Positions 1 to 12,752 of a DNA stretch of 64,000 nucleotides are shown piece after piece (the first letter of the stretch is position 1; each line of letters begins with the position of its first letter). The notes below the pieces were generated by a model, which was not told the DNA's origin, did no database searches, and saw only the letters and a list, made by a program, of their open reading frames with translations. This DNA comes from Vicugna vicugna (lineage: Eukaryota), in contig MU058009.1 of the NCBI GenBank assembly GCA_013265495.1, forward strand, positions 1,550,001 to 1,614,000, given 5' to 3'. Both the position numbers and the translations under genes were made by a program.

Positions 1-183
1 ATATGGTCTTGATCGCATGGTGCTTAAACTCTAATCTGAGAGAGAAGAAATTATTAATTACACAATTTTAAAATGAATACAATTATCATAAATACTACAA
101 TTGACAAGAACAAGGTGCTATGAGAATGGATTAATGGGAGAATCAGATCTAGGCTGCAAGAGAAACAGGAAGTGATATTGATG

Positions 184-662
184 TGTATCAGCTATCTAAT
201 GCTGCATAACAAATGAACCCAAAACTTAATGTCTTGAAGCAATTGCCTTTTATTATTGTTCACAAGTCTGTGGATCAATTGAAAAGTTCTGTTGATCCAG
301 CCCAGGCTCTAATCTCATCTGAGCTTCCTCATGAGTCTGTGGTTTGTTTCCAGGTCAACTAGGGTTGGCTGGTCTGGAATAGCCTCAGCTGGGATCCACA
401 CACAGGCTAGAACAGGCTTGTTCACATGGTGACAGCAGAGGTCTAAGAGAGCAAGCAGAAGCCTACAAGACTACTGAGGTTCAGGCTCAGAACTAGCCCG
501 GAATCCCCTCTGCAGCAGTCTGCTGACAGAGGCACGTCACAGGCCAGCTGAGACTCAAGAGCTGGGAATAGAGATCCTGCCCCTCGATGGAAGTTACAGA
601 GCAAGAAGAGCAGATTGAGGAGGGGTGGAGAATTGTGACTATTTTTGTAATCAGCTGCACCA
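184..662 (-). mobile_element. MaLR solo LTR (MLT1-like), apparently inserted in an L2 remnant
   Basis: Starts TGTATCAGCTATCTAATGCTGCATAACAAA, resembling the reverse of the MLT1 terminus. Runs ~480 bp and ends in CA. Confidence 0.65.
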
Positions 663-1244
663 AGCTAAGACCAAAAGAATAAGTAGAAGTCAACCAAACA
701 GGGAAGAAAATTGTGACCTGCATGTAAAGATGCTGAGGCAGCAAGAAGCCTGGACCATTCCAGGAAGTCCAGAAGGCTCCAGTGGCAGTGAGCCGAGAGT
801 GAGAGGCTGGGCTGTGTAAGAGGAGGCTGGTAAGGAGGGTGGGGCCTAGTGTCACAGAGCCAGGTGGTGAAGCCCAGGTGAGAACTGAGGCCCTTATCCA
901 GGAAAATGTTTACAATGGGAGACGGACATGATCAGAACTTATATATAACTTATATGCATATCTTACGCCTGGACCATATCTCAGACAAGTTAAATGAGCA
1001 TCTCTGAGACTAGGTACGTGAGGAGGTGCAATTTTACCAGTGACAGCGATGTGCAGGCAAGGCTGCACTTCTGAATAGCAGAGGGAGGAAACACTTAGGA
1101 AGCTGTTATCGCTTGTCCAGGTGAGAAGTGACAGTAGCTTGAATTCGTGTGCTTAGTGAATGAATGAATGAATGAATGAAATTAAACCTCAAGTGAGAAG
1201 TTTAGTATCTGCAGCAAAAATGCCTTGTCTCAAAGCACAGCTCC

Positions 1245-1437
1245 ACCACGTACTAGCTTGGGCTATTTGCTTGCTCTCTGAGCCTCAGTTTCTTCATTAT
1301 CACAATGAGGAAAGCAGTAACACCCACCTTTACGGTGTGTTCTGAGGCCTAATGAGGTCATCGTCACAGGGCCCTGAACCCCGTGCCAGGCAAATGATAG
1401 GCACTCAGTAAACGTTAGCTGCCGTTACCATCACTGT
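1245..1437 (+). mobile_element. MIR SINE
   Basis: MIR core TCTCTGAGCCTCAGTTTCTTCAT...AATGAG and 3' end GGCACTCAGTAAACGTTAGCTG. Confidence 0.7.
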
Positions 1438-1452
1438 TGAAAGGATGATGTC

Positions 1453-2079
1453 CAGGAGTGGGCATATATCCAGAGGGAACTCTAATTCATAAAGATATAT
1501 GCACCCCGATGTTCATAGCAGCACTACATACAATAGCNNNNNNNNNNNNNNNNNNNNNNNNNNNNNNNNNNNNNNNNNNNNNNNNNNNNNNNNNNNNNNN
1601 NNNNNNNNNNNNNNNNNNNNNNNNNNNNNNNNNNNNNNNNNNNNNNNNNNNNNNNNNNNNNNNNNNNNNNNNNNNNNNNNNNNNNNNNNNNNNNNNNNNN
1701 NNNNNNNNNNNNNNNNNNNNNNNNTGATAACATCCATATGTGACATCTAAAAAAAGAAAAAAGACACAGATGAACCTATTTACAAAACAGAAACAGACTC
1801 ACAGACATAGCAAACAAACTTATGGTTACCCAGGGGGAAGGGGTGGGAAGGGATAAACTGGGAGTTTGATATTTGTAAATATTAACGAGGTTATATAAAA
1901 CAGATAAACAGCAAGTTGATACTGTGCAGCACAGGGAATTACATACAGTATCTCATAGTAACCTATAATGAAAAAGACTGTGAAAAAGAATATCTATATG
2001 TATATGTATGACTGAAGCATTGTGCTGTGCACCAGAAATCAACACATTGTAACTGATTATACTTCAATTAAGGGAAAAA
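1453..2079 (+). mobile_element. 5'-truncated L1 (ORF2 C-terminus, 3'UTR, A tail), partly N-masked
   Basis: Encodes [13 protein letters not shown] (L1 ORF2 end). TSD-like AAAGGATGATGTC (1440-1452) and AAAGGATGCTGTC (2080-2092). Confidence 0.85.
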
Positions 2080-4479
2080 AAAGGATGCTGTCAGCAGTAG
2101 CACGTGGTCTCATGCAGTAACAGCTTTATTCCCATTAGTCTCCCAAAGGAAACTCTATTCTAATCCCAGCTCTGCTCTGTAGCCCTGACTTTGCTCACGT
2201 GGTTGCGATTAAGCCACAGGCTGAGCAGGGCCCAGATACTGTCTCTGCTGGGCTGGCCAGCCGTTCTCCGGCTGCCCCTCCTTGGGGCTGTATCGGGCAC
2301 TGTCATCTGGCTTCAGCTCATCTGGGGGAGGACAGGAGAAGCCAGACAGCCGTGAATCTTGCTGTCTGCTCGAGCGTGTTTGCCATCTAGGGAGGACGAA
2401 AAGGAGCTCCTGTTGGGGAAATAGATGGCTCAGTAGCAGAGGCCAGTGCCCTCTGGCTGTGCCCGAGCCAGGGGTCAGCTAAAATCCTTCCAGAGACCGC
2501 AGGACCCCATCAGGGCCTGGCTTTACACAGACACCTGGGACACCTGGGCACCTCAAAGGGGAGGGGCGGGGGGGAGGGAGGGTCTCGGGGCCTAAGCCGG
2601 AACTGTTTCTGTCTGTGTGGAGCTGGGGTCCCGAGCAGGGTTCCACTCGCAGAAGGAGGGGATCTTGCATCATTAGAGGTAAAGCACTGTTTCGACTGAA
2701 TCACATATTTTAAGGGGGCCTAGAAGGAAGACAGGACTATAAGCTATCAGAAGGGTAATGGTGATTGTCTTGGTAAGATGAGAGACGTTTTTATTTGACT
2801 TCACCCTCTTCTGCATGTTCTCGTTTGTTGCCCATAAGCCTATATTTTAATAATCAGAAAAAAATGGAAATAAAAGAAAAATCCCATGCTGAGCATGTCA
2901 GGATTTTCCCCCAGGTTCTTAGTGAATCCACGAATTTCCTGTCATAATTCTGTAGTACCGTTCTGGAGACAAAAGCTTTCCCTTAGAACCAGCGCCAATC
3001 TCCTCCACTCGGGAACGTGTGAGAGACACCCGTGACCAGAGAAAGCTGACCCACGGCGGCCTGCCCCGGCCCTCCCGCCTCCTCTGCATCAGCTCTCGCC
3101 GCGTAAGACTTCCCTCCCCCAGTCCTTAGGGCTTAGGGTCTCAGTTTACGGTATAAGAGGTGAGTTGAATCCGAGTCAGACACTTCCTGGCTGGGTGACT
3201 CAACTCAAGCTCATCCTCTGTAAAAACGAAGACAAAGGTTGAATCAGCATTGTGGGATCTGGGTGAACGTTCAGTGAGAGACTAGACAATAAGTGCTTCG
3301 CTTGGTGCCTGGCATATGGTGGCATTTGAAGGAACGTTATCATCATTAGCCTTGTCTCTCTAGCTGCAACACGCTTGATGTTGTCTGTGATCTCTGGGCT
3401 CTGGTCCTTGTCATATCTCTGGGCCTGATACGACATATAAACAGGAAATAAAAAGGAAGTCAAATAATAAAAACAAGCCACTGTTTTTATTATGCCAGCA
3501 TGTGCTTTGTTGAAATCTGCTGGGTGGTGTTGGCAACCACCACATGTTTCTCGAGGAGTGTAAATAAAGAGGACCTCGCCCCTCCGGTCTCCCCACCCGA
3601 TTAGATGCCCCCGCCTGAAACGGGTGACTGTTAAAAGCAGAGCTTTGACGACAGACCTTGGACTGCACCCTCTCTTCCCGGCTTATAGCCGTGGGACGTG
3701 CACGAGCTAGTCTGCGGTTTCTCATCTCTCTCTGGGGTGACAGTACCTACTCTGGGGAGCTGAGGTGCAGACCCTAAGCCATGATGTCACCCACCACGGG
3801 GTCTCACTCCCTTGCTTCCTTCAGGCTCTGATCCAATTATGGGAACTTATTGCAAGACTTCCTCTGATCAGCCTGTGTAAACAGAGGCTCTTCTTTGTCC
3901 CCGGCACGGGCACACACTGGCTCTCCCCAGCCCCCAGCTCAGCTTCACTTTCTCCATAAGTGTTCTGATTCCCACCTGAAATTCCACATGTATTTTTCTA
4001 TCTCCTCTCGGAATTCAGCGAGAAGGACAGGGTGGCTGTGTGTTTTATCCACCACTTTACTAACCCCTGGCATGTCGCAGGCACTCCACGGATATTTGCT
4101 AAATGAATAAATAAGCAAATGACTGGGTTAATTAGCTTTTATCTGAAGGGAGAGCAGAGTTCCTGGGAAAGAAGGATGATGAATGCCTCCGCTGTTGTGA
4201 CCCTGGGCTCGTAAGTGTCTCTCTCAGCCTCAGTTTCCTCATCTCAAAATGGAGACAGTATCATACTTGCTGCAAACAGCTGGCTGGAGGAGAAATTGCA
4301 ACTGTGGTACTAAATCTGTTTTGAACACTGGAAGTCACCGTGTAAAACTGCGACGTTAGTCTCATTGTTTTCAGTAGTGCAACAGTTTATTTCCTGGGTG
4401 ACACCCTGAAAGAAAACTGCTCCAGCCGGCAGGGGACACAGGAGAACGCTTCACTTGGGATCGAGGCCTGGCTCTGAGG

Positions 4480-5160
4480 CTCACACCGCTGGCCCCGCAG
4501 AGGGCACGGCCGGGGCCCTCCAGCCCGCCCGCCCCCGCAGGCAACACGCCTTTGGCACACGGAGCCCTGGAGCCGGCCCAGGCTGAGTAATGGGATACAG
4601 AGCTGGTCGCTGGGCAGAGTGGAGTTTGCGTCAGGACTTGTCGCTTTCTGGCGGTTGCCTGGTGACCCTGGTGGAAAATGAGCTGTGGGGACCTTGCCGC
4701 GGGAACCGCTCCCTCGGCTGGCGGGCCCGTCGGAAAGCCCGGGGGCCGCGGGGGGCGGGGGCGCTGCCCGCGGGGCTGCTGTCCCGGCGCCGGGGTGGAG
4801 GTGGCGGCAGGGATGGGCTTGGACGGCGGCCTGGGTCTCCTTCAGGGGGAGTGGCCGTTGCTCAGAAGGCACAGTCATTAGTGCCGGCCCCAGGCTTGAT
4901 CTGGGGTAAAAACACAGCAGAAAAATCCCATCGGGGCTCGACACCCCGCAGCTCCCAAAACACGTGCGGATGCGTCCTGAAGTCTGTGCGAGGTCCTCGT
5001 GGCGCTGGTGATTACCGGCAGCAAGGAGGGACGGCTCGGGACACGCGGCGAGGTGACCGGCCCGGAGAAGCCGCACACCGGGTCAGGAGGGGGCGTCCTG
5101 GCCCGGGGCCTCTAGGAAGGAGCACCAAGAGGAGAGCGGCCCCTGGTTAGCTGGAGATGT
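4480..5160. promoter_or_regulatory. Orphan CpG-island-like segment with GC boxes and an EGR-type GCGGGGGCG (4748-4756)
   Basis: Visibly very high GC and CpG density, with no repeat signature and no exon assigned. Confidence 0.55.
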
Positions 5161-5221
5161 CCGCTGCGCTCCATCGGTGGGAAAACAAATTGCCTCCTAC
5201 GTGTAAAATAGATTTCGTGGA

Positions 5222-5432
5222 GGGGAGGGTATAGCTCAGGGGGTAGAGTGCATGCTTAGCATGTGCAAGGCCCTGGGTTCAATCCCAGGACTGCCTCTAA
5301 AAATAAATAAATAAACCTAATTACCCACCCCCCTCCAAAAAAACCTAAAAAAGATAAAAATAAGGCCACCAAGAAAATGTAAAGAGAAAGATAAATAGTA
5401 TAAATAAATAAATAAATGAATGAATAAAATAA
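5222..5432 (+). mobile_element. tRNA-derived SINE (camelid Vic-1-like) with extended A-rich tail
   Basis: GGGGAGGGTATAGCTCAGGGGGTAGAG (A box) and GGGTTCAATCCC (B box), then AAATAAATAAACCTAATTAC. Two sister copies are in the window. Confidence 0.85.
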
Positions 5433-7769
5433 GAGACTGAGCCACGGATGCAGCCAGGCCTGCCAAAGTGCCAACTTGTGCAGAGCAAACAGCGGCCCTG
5501 CGCCAGACAGGGTCACACTCTCCTGTCCCCGCCTTCTCGAATCCCAAGTTTACCATGATAATACTTGTAGATAATTAAAAATCTTATTTCAGAGACAAAG
5601 AAATTGAGGCTCAGAGAGACTGAGCAATTTGTCTGAAGTCACACAGCAACCCAGGGGCAGAGTCAGGATTTAATACTTGCTCTTCAGGCTTTAAGCTTGA
5701 CGTCGCCTCCCCTACCGTCCCACCAGCACCCCCAGGGGAGAGCTCTTCTCCCCGCCCCACGCCAGCTTGCTCCCCCATCCTACTCCCATTCACCCAGTCT
5801 CTGGCTTATAAATGACCCTGATGAATCAAGAAGTGATTTCAGTGGTGTAGCTGCTCCTTAATTCACTCAGCCATCCAGCAGCTAGGTACCGAGTAGCTAC
5901 CGTGTTTCCGGCGGGGTGCGGGGGATGCCACAGAGAGCTTAGAGACGTGCTCCTGATCCTCAAGGATCTATTTATCCCCTGAAAGGAGACTTTACAGGGT
6001 TATGAAGCCACTTAGCAGGTAGGACAGAGCAAACAGCCGTCCCTACACAGCGCTCCCCAGCACTTCTCCTGCTATCTTCAGAAAGAAACATAATCTTCAT
6101 TTGTTTTCACTCTCCTCTGTTCAAACGGCCCCAGCCGCATGTCTTTCCGGTCTTGCTAGTGATGAGGGTCTGTCCGATGAACATACTATCAAGTTAAGAG
6201 AAATAACAAGTACATTGTCTTGATTCCTGTATTGTTGGGGGGGAGGGTTGCAAAACAGATTTTGCTGAAAGTATTGCCCTGAATGGGTGCCCAGCACTTA
6301 CAGAGTGGGCTGAGTGCAATGAAAAACGGCTGAAACCACAGCTGAGATCCGTCCCATTCATGAGAGAATGAGGCAGGGAGCCCCGGCCAGGACTTCAGCC
6401 CTCCCTGTCTGCCTCCAGGCCTCCGAGTTTGCAGCGGTCCTCAGGCTTTTGGGTGCTTCCACTCCTCTGGCCTTGGCTGAGGACAGCTTCCTGTTTCTAA
6501 GAAAAGACTGCTCAAATGTCTTCCGAGGTCCCTTGGACAGCAAGTCCCGCTGGCCTAGGCATGGCCAGTGGAGGGGTAGAACCAGGGGGCAGGGACAGTC
6601 CCCGGGGGAATTGGTTCTCATTAACCCCTTCCAGCCCTGAGGTGTCCTGGGACTCACAGAATGAAGCTACCACAAATATTTGTCAGATTGGCTGAAAAAA
6701 GGAAACGAAGTTTACGAAGGGGCCAAATATTCCTGAGCAATCCGAAGAACACCTGGATCTGCTGAGCCTGGACCAGGAGACAGGACCTGACAAGGGCCTG
6801 GGGGAGGGGGGTGCAGCACCCTCAAGCACCGGCGTGGAAGCTGCCTTGTCCGCCTCCGGCCCCAGCAGCTCCAGTCCTGCCCACTCCTTCTGGCTCTGCA
6901 GTCCTGCAAATCCCTTTTCCAGGGATATCACAGGCCGTTACCCTGGAGACGGCTGTTATGGCAAAACAGAACTGTCCCATCTTCACCCGATGGTGCAAAA
7001 CCTGATGCAGAGTGTGGAGGGTAGCCATCCTGTGACCACAGTCCTGGGTGGAGAGCTCCGAGTACAAACGCAGACAGAAGGACTGAGAAGCGCTGTGGTG
7101 GGGGAGGGAGACCCTGGGATGAGATGGGATCCCCCCACCCTGCCCTGGGAAGTTGGATGGGGCCTCCTGCTGCAGCCAGGCTCTCCATTCAGACGAAGAT
7201 GCGAGTAACAGCTGCCCAGCCTCTCCCATCACCAGCCCCAGCCCCGCCCCAACCAGACTCGTCTCCCACCTCCTCCACTCCTTCCATCCGCAGACTAGCC
7301 ACAATTAACAGCGTTACTTGCAGTGGCTTACAAAGCTTTTGGGGGAGAAGCAGTGTACTGACAGTTGATGAAGGCAGACTCTGGGAGCAGGGCTGCAGGG
7401 GCTCGCATCCCGGCCCGACACTCACCAGGGTATAACCCGGCAAAAGCCACTCAGGCTCCCAAAAGCCTCAGTTTCCTTATGAAGACAACACCGCGTAACC
7501 CCTCACCAAGTGGTTGTGACCACCAGCTGAGGTGACGCAGGTAGCTTCCTCCCAACAGATCTCCCGCCTTCCGCTCCTGCCTCGTTCTAATCCTTACTGA
7601 CCGCCAGCCGGCGCTCTGGTGAAAAGAACATCCGATGGGGATGCCGCCCTTCTGAAGCCCCTGGAGGCTTCCACGGGGAGTCAGATTTTCACTGGGGTCA
7701 CAAGGCCACACCTGCTGGACACCCGGTGAAGCCCACTCCATGCCCAACCCCACTCCTAGACTGGCTCCT

Positions 7770-8200
7770 ACCGCCCGGCCCTCTTTCTGGTCCTCAAGTT
7801 TGCTTCTGCCTCAGGACCTTTGCACTTGCTCTCTCTCCCAGGAACTTCCCCAACACACGCAGACAAGAACCGCCACCTCAATGGGTGGCTTCACCTTCAC
7901 CTCTTCCAAGTCTCAGCACATTAATCACCTCTTCAGAAGGCAACCGTCTTATATAGCATCTCACATAAAACTGCTGAACTCACAGAAAGTGTCTACCCCG
8001 TTTGCTCTATGATTCACTTCACACTAGTGTCTGAAATTATCTTCATTACTTGTGTAATTTTTTGTGGTCTGTCTCTCCAAGGAAAAAGTAAACCCCAGGA
8101 GAGCAAGGATCTTGGTTTCACCTGAATTGCCAGTTCCTGGAGCAGAGCCTGGCACAGAGTAGTCCCTAAATAAATGTTTATTTTATTACAGTCAATAAAA
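7770..8200 (+). mobile_element. L2 LINE 3' end
   Basis: GGACCTTTGCACTTGCT... through CCTGGCACAGAGTAG...AATAAATGTTTATT resembles the L2 3' consensus. Confidence 0.65.
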
Positions 8201-8244
8201 ATATTCAATGCAGTGTCTGTTAAATACATATTAACTGCTTATAC

Positions 8245-9251
8245 TGTTATTATTTTTATTGACATGTAGTCCATTTACAATGTTGTGTTAGTTTCTGGTG
8301 TACAGCATAGTGATTCAGTTATTTATATATATATATATATATAATATTCTTTTTTATATTCATTTTCATTATAGGTTATTACAAGATACTGAATGTGGTT
8401 CCCTGTGCTGTACAGTAGGACCTTGTCATTTATCTGTTTTATGTATAGTAGTTTGTATCTGCTAATCCCAGACTCTTAATTTGTCCTTCCCCTTCCTTTC
8501 CTCTTTGATAACTATAGATTTGTTTTCTATGTGTATGAGTCTCTTTCTGTTTTGTAAATAAGTTCATTTGTATTGTTTTTTTAGGTTCCATATATAAGTG
8601 ACACCACGTGATACTTGCCTTTGTCTGACTTACTTCACTTAGTATGATAATACCTAGGTACATCCATGTTGCTGCAAATGACATCGTTTTATTCTTTTTT
8701 ATGGCCGGGTAGTATTCCATTGTATAAACATACCACAGCTTCTTTATCCAGTTATCTGTCAATGGACATTTAGGTTGCTTCCGTGTCTTAGCTATTGTAT
8801 GCAGTGCTGCTATGAACATTGGGTGCATGTATCTTTTCAAATTTGTTTTCTCTGCATATGTGCTCAGGACTGGGATTGCTGGATCATATGGTAAGTCTAC
8901 TTTTGCTTTTTTTAAGGAATCTCCATACTCTTTTCCATAGTGGCTGCACCAAACTGCACTCCCCCCAGCAGTGTAGGAGGGCTCCCTGTCCTCCACAGCC
9001 TCTCCAGCATTATTGTTTGTGGGCTTTTCAATGATGGCCACTCTGACTGGTGTGAGGTGATACCTCTTTACAGTTTTGATGTGCTTTCTTCTGATAATTA
9101 GTGATGTTGAGCATCTTTTCATGTGCCTGTTGGCCATCTGTATGTCTTCTTTGGAGAAATGTCTATTTAGGTCTTCTGCCTATTTTTGGATTGGGTTGTT
9201 TGTTTTTTTTTGTTATTGAGTTGTGTGAGCTATTTGTATACTCTGGAAATT
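8245..9251 (-). mobile_element. 5'-truncated L1 (~1 kb) with degenerate ORF2 C-terminus
   Basis: ORF 8439..9137 ([16 protein letters not shown]...YHLTPVR...[11 protein letters not shown]) is L1 ORF2. Degenerate flanking repeats ATTAACTGCTTATA / ATTAACCACTTATA. An internal (TA)n is present. Confidence 0.9.
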
Positions 9252-12200
9252 ATTAACCACTTATATTATTAACTGGTAACAAAATGAACACATATCCTTA
9301 ACTGATAACACACTGTTGTTCGGGCGGTAACGGCAGTGACCTCTCACGCGGGTACACTCCGTGACAGACTGACGGGATGTTTTCGTGCTCACGCCTCATT
9401 TGAGTCCCAGCTAGTCCACCAAACGGCCAGCACGGCTTTTGTTCATAGATGGGTCTTGAGGAGACTTGGTCACTTGCTAGACTCAAAACCAGGCCTCCAA
9501 ATTCCAAGGCAGGGGCACCAACAACCACCGGAATGACCAGCCTTCAGATAACATTGTGTCTCAAACCAGGAGAAAGTAGGCCCATCCTCTGCAGGAGGCC
9601 GTGGAGAGTGGGGGGCGGGTGGTGGGAGGGCCCTCGGGCCACCTTCGAAGCTCGGGCTCCCTGCTGCTCTGAGAAGGGCCGCTCTGGCTGCTGTCCTCCT
9701 GGCTGACCCACCTGCCGTCACCCATCGTCTGGGGCACAGACTCCCTCCCCCCGGCGGCCTCCTCCAGATCCCACCTGCCCCGCCCGTGTTCTGGTGAAGG
9801 TGGTTAGAGGAGATACGCACAGCACAGGGCACAGGGGAGAGCCACCTGTGGGCTCAGCGCCCCAAGGATGCCGAGCTTGTGTAAAGGTCACACGGCGCCA
9901 AGGGAAGAGGGGAGGCCCAGGGGCTCCAGCTTCTGTGTGGACTGGGGAGAGGGGGCATCCCCTTGTCCAAAGCGCAGGATTTGGTCATAAGAATAGTCAA
10001 AACAAGAAGGATAACAGCAGCCCCAGCACATTTGTTTATAGTGGGGAGTGGGTTATCTGTCCAGTTCAGGTCAGACACAAACTCTCTTTCCATTGCCCTC
10101 AGGCCCCAGTGTTAGTCATTTACCACTTAGTATGAATTCCGTCAGACTGTTACCTCTCCCTCACAGTAGGAGACTTGAAAAAATTATCCTAAGGGTTAGG
10201 TGGCGGTCTGTAGAAAATGTCGTGGAAAGCGGGAGGTTCTTCCTTGAATCCTAAAAGAATACATTGGAAAGGCACTTGTGCAGTGGGAACTTTGAGTCCT
10301 AGGTTGTCAGGAACGGTCTCAATTTTAAATAATCTCTGTTATTCTCATAAACCGTCCACATTTTCTGGAAACCACATTTCCCAGGCTTTTTCTCACACTT
10401 GGATGTGGTACAGAAATCCTTTTTCATACACGTGAGTCTTAAACGTAGTCTGTGAAAGTGGGCAAGTCATTAGTGGAAAGACCCCTATACTGAAAATCAG
10501 CTCCCCTGTCACTCTAAGACTCTGATGGGCTGAGAGGCGGAGGAGACCACAGATGGTACCCAACCGAGCCTTGCACCACAAAGACCCCACTCTGGATCAC
10601 CTTCAGAAAGACCCACCGATGCCTGAAGTTCCAGTAAAAACCTCCCCCCGAGAATGAAGACGGTCGTAATAGAGAGTTATTATTAACACCATCCCTTGAG
10701 GACCTCAAAGCTAAATCTAGTCATTCCTAACACAGCATCACCTGAATTCTCAAGGCTAATGAAACAAAGACCTGGAGGCAAAATGATCTACGCAGAGTTT
10801 CCACATCTATCGCAGAGCTCAGACTGAAACCTGATCATCCCAACAGGTTCATCTGGGATTTTCTTTGCCTCCGGAACTTTGTGTCCTATCCTGGCTCTCA
10901 TCAAATATGGGCGTGAAATAGCTTAATTGTAGAAGGTGGTTTCAATTTAAAAGGCAACACTGCACAGAGAAACTAAGTTTTACCACCAGCCCTACAGGGA
11001 TTCCAGAAGATGGCATTTCCTACGACTTAATTTTTACGGTCTCACAGTCTCCCCCGCCGAGCTCTGTCCTCATTTGGCCACCACTCCCTAGTCATTTGGG
11101 CGTGACCTCTCTGCCCCTGTTTACTTTCCCGTGAAGTCTGTGGGCGGCGAGTGAGGGCAAGAGTTTTGGCTCAGACCTGCCTCTGCGGAGACTTTCTCAT
11201 GGAAGCAGCCCCTTGTCCTTAGCTGGATGGGGCGGGGAGGGTGGGCAGGACTGTCAAGGCTCAGCCACCTGGAGGCTTTGACCGAAGGCTCCGAGCCATC
11301 CCTGGACTCGCACCTCCACACTCCCCTCCCCCTCTCCCCTCCCCACTGTGCAGAGAAGAAACAGGACCCGGAGCTGTCCCAGGCCAGCTCTCTTTACCAG
11401 CCCTCACCAGCCTCCCCTGGATTTGGCTTTTCCCCGTGAAAAATGAGCCCGAAAGCCCTGGAGCCTTCTCGGTGATTTACCGAGGACTTTGCTTCCACAC
11501 GGTCTTTCCGGCTGCAGCCACCCCCAAGAGTCAGAGGGAGGAAGAGGGAGAAAATCATAAATGGGGAGTAAGATGAGAACCAGATGTTCGGAGCCTTCTC
11601 TGGCAGGGACTCCTCCACCGCGACCCCCTCTCTTCATGGGATTAGAAGGGCTTAGTCCCTGAGGGCAGTCTCCGCTCTACCTGCGTTCCACCTCCCCCTC
11701 CCCGCCCCCCACCAACTCCTACTGCATCCCTCAAGCTGTGTCCTGGTGCCCGGCCACGGGGGACTCTCCCTCGTTGGGTCGTCTCTTCCTGAATTTGGCC
11801 AAAATAAATGAATGCTAGGCGATCGGACCAGAGACAGGTGTTAGATGCAATCCTTTGCCCTCAGAGCACAGAAGCTACAAAGGAACGGGCGGTTCTGAGA
11901 GGGTGGGGTCTGTCCTTGGACGGGGGTCAGCGCTGGGCAATGTGGGAGCGTCAGGAGGTGCCCTGAACCCAGCCTTGGCCTCAGATGAGTGGAGGGGTGT
12001 CAGACGACATGCTCGCTGAGTCTGGAAGGTGTTATTCAACTGAAGTCGCTTTGGAGGTGTTAACTTAGCAGGTGCCAGGTGGGTCCACGCGTTCATCCAC
12101 GCATTCTTCCAGCGTGAAGCGCAACATCTCTGAAGCCTGAGCTCAAAACCCAGATTGCTGTCTTATTATCACGTGAGGCGACTTAGTCAATCTCTCTGTG

Positions 12201-12752
12201 CCTCAGTTTTCTAATTTGTAAAGTGAGGAGAATAATGCTTCTCCTGTAGGGGCTGTTACAAAGAGCGTGTGAAATATTTCTAAAAAGTTGGGAAGTAGCA
12301 CCTGGCTCATCGTTAAGCACTGTTTGTGGGGCATTTTAATGAAAAATTCAGAAGTATTTCAGTCCTACTGTACATCAGGCAATGGGCAAGGCTTTCTGGA
12401 TACTTAAATGAAAGTCCCAGTCCCTCTTTCTCAGGAGATCACAAAACCAGTAGGGTCGAATCATCAGTGAGTATTTTCAGTGGTAAGGTCAAGGTACCGA
12501 TCATAGACGTGTCATCATCTCCATCCTCCCAGATGACCAAACCTGGAATCTAGGGGCGGGCAGAGACCCTCATGCCCACTTTCTATCACCATATCCCACA
12601 GGGTCTCCCTCCTTGTGATCTATTGAACCCCTCCCCTGCGCCCCCTCCCCATCCTCATTGCTTACTCTGGCCCCCACCCACTGTCGCACAGACGGCCACG
12701 AAACTGGTCTCCGTAACTCCAACCATCTCCTTACACCCACCAAGTCAGTTGC

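Noticed and set aside
4387-5150. Long ORFs (229 aa minus, 186 aa plus) over the CpG island
   Set aside because: Rich in Gly, Ala, Pro and Arg with overlapping frames on both strands, as expected from stop-codon scarcity in GC-rich DNA. No recognisable domain.
5222-5300. tRNA-Ala-like genes at 5222, 57326 and 58616
   Set aside because: They have A and B boxes, but also A-rich tails, target-site duplications and mutually divergent anticodon arms. These are SINE copies, not tRNA genes.
8439-9137. 232-aa ORF as a host gene
   Set aside because: It is the degenerate C-terminus and 3'UTR of a 5'-truncated L1 ORF2, with no endonuclease or RT domain.
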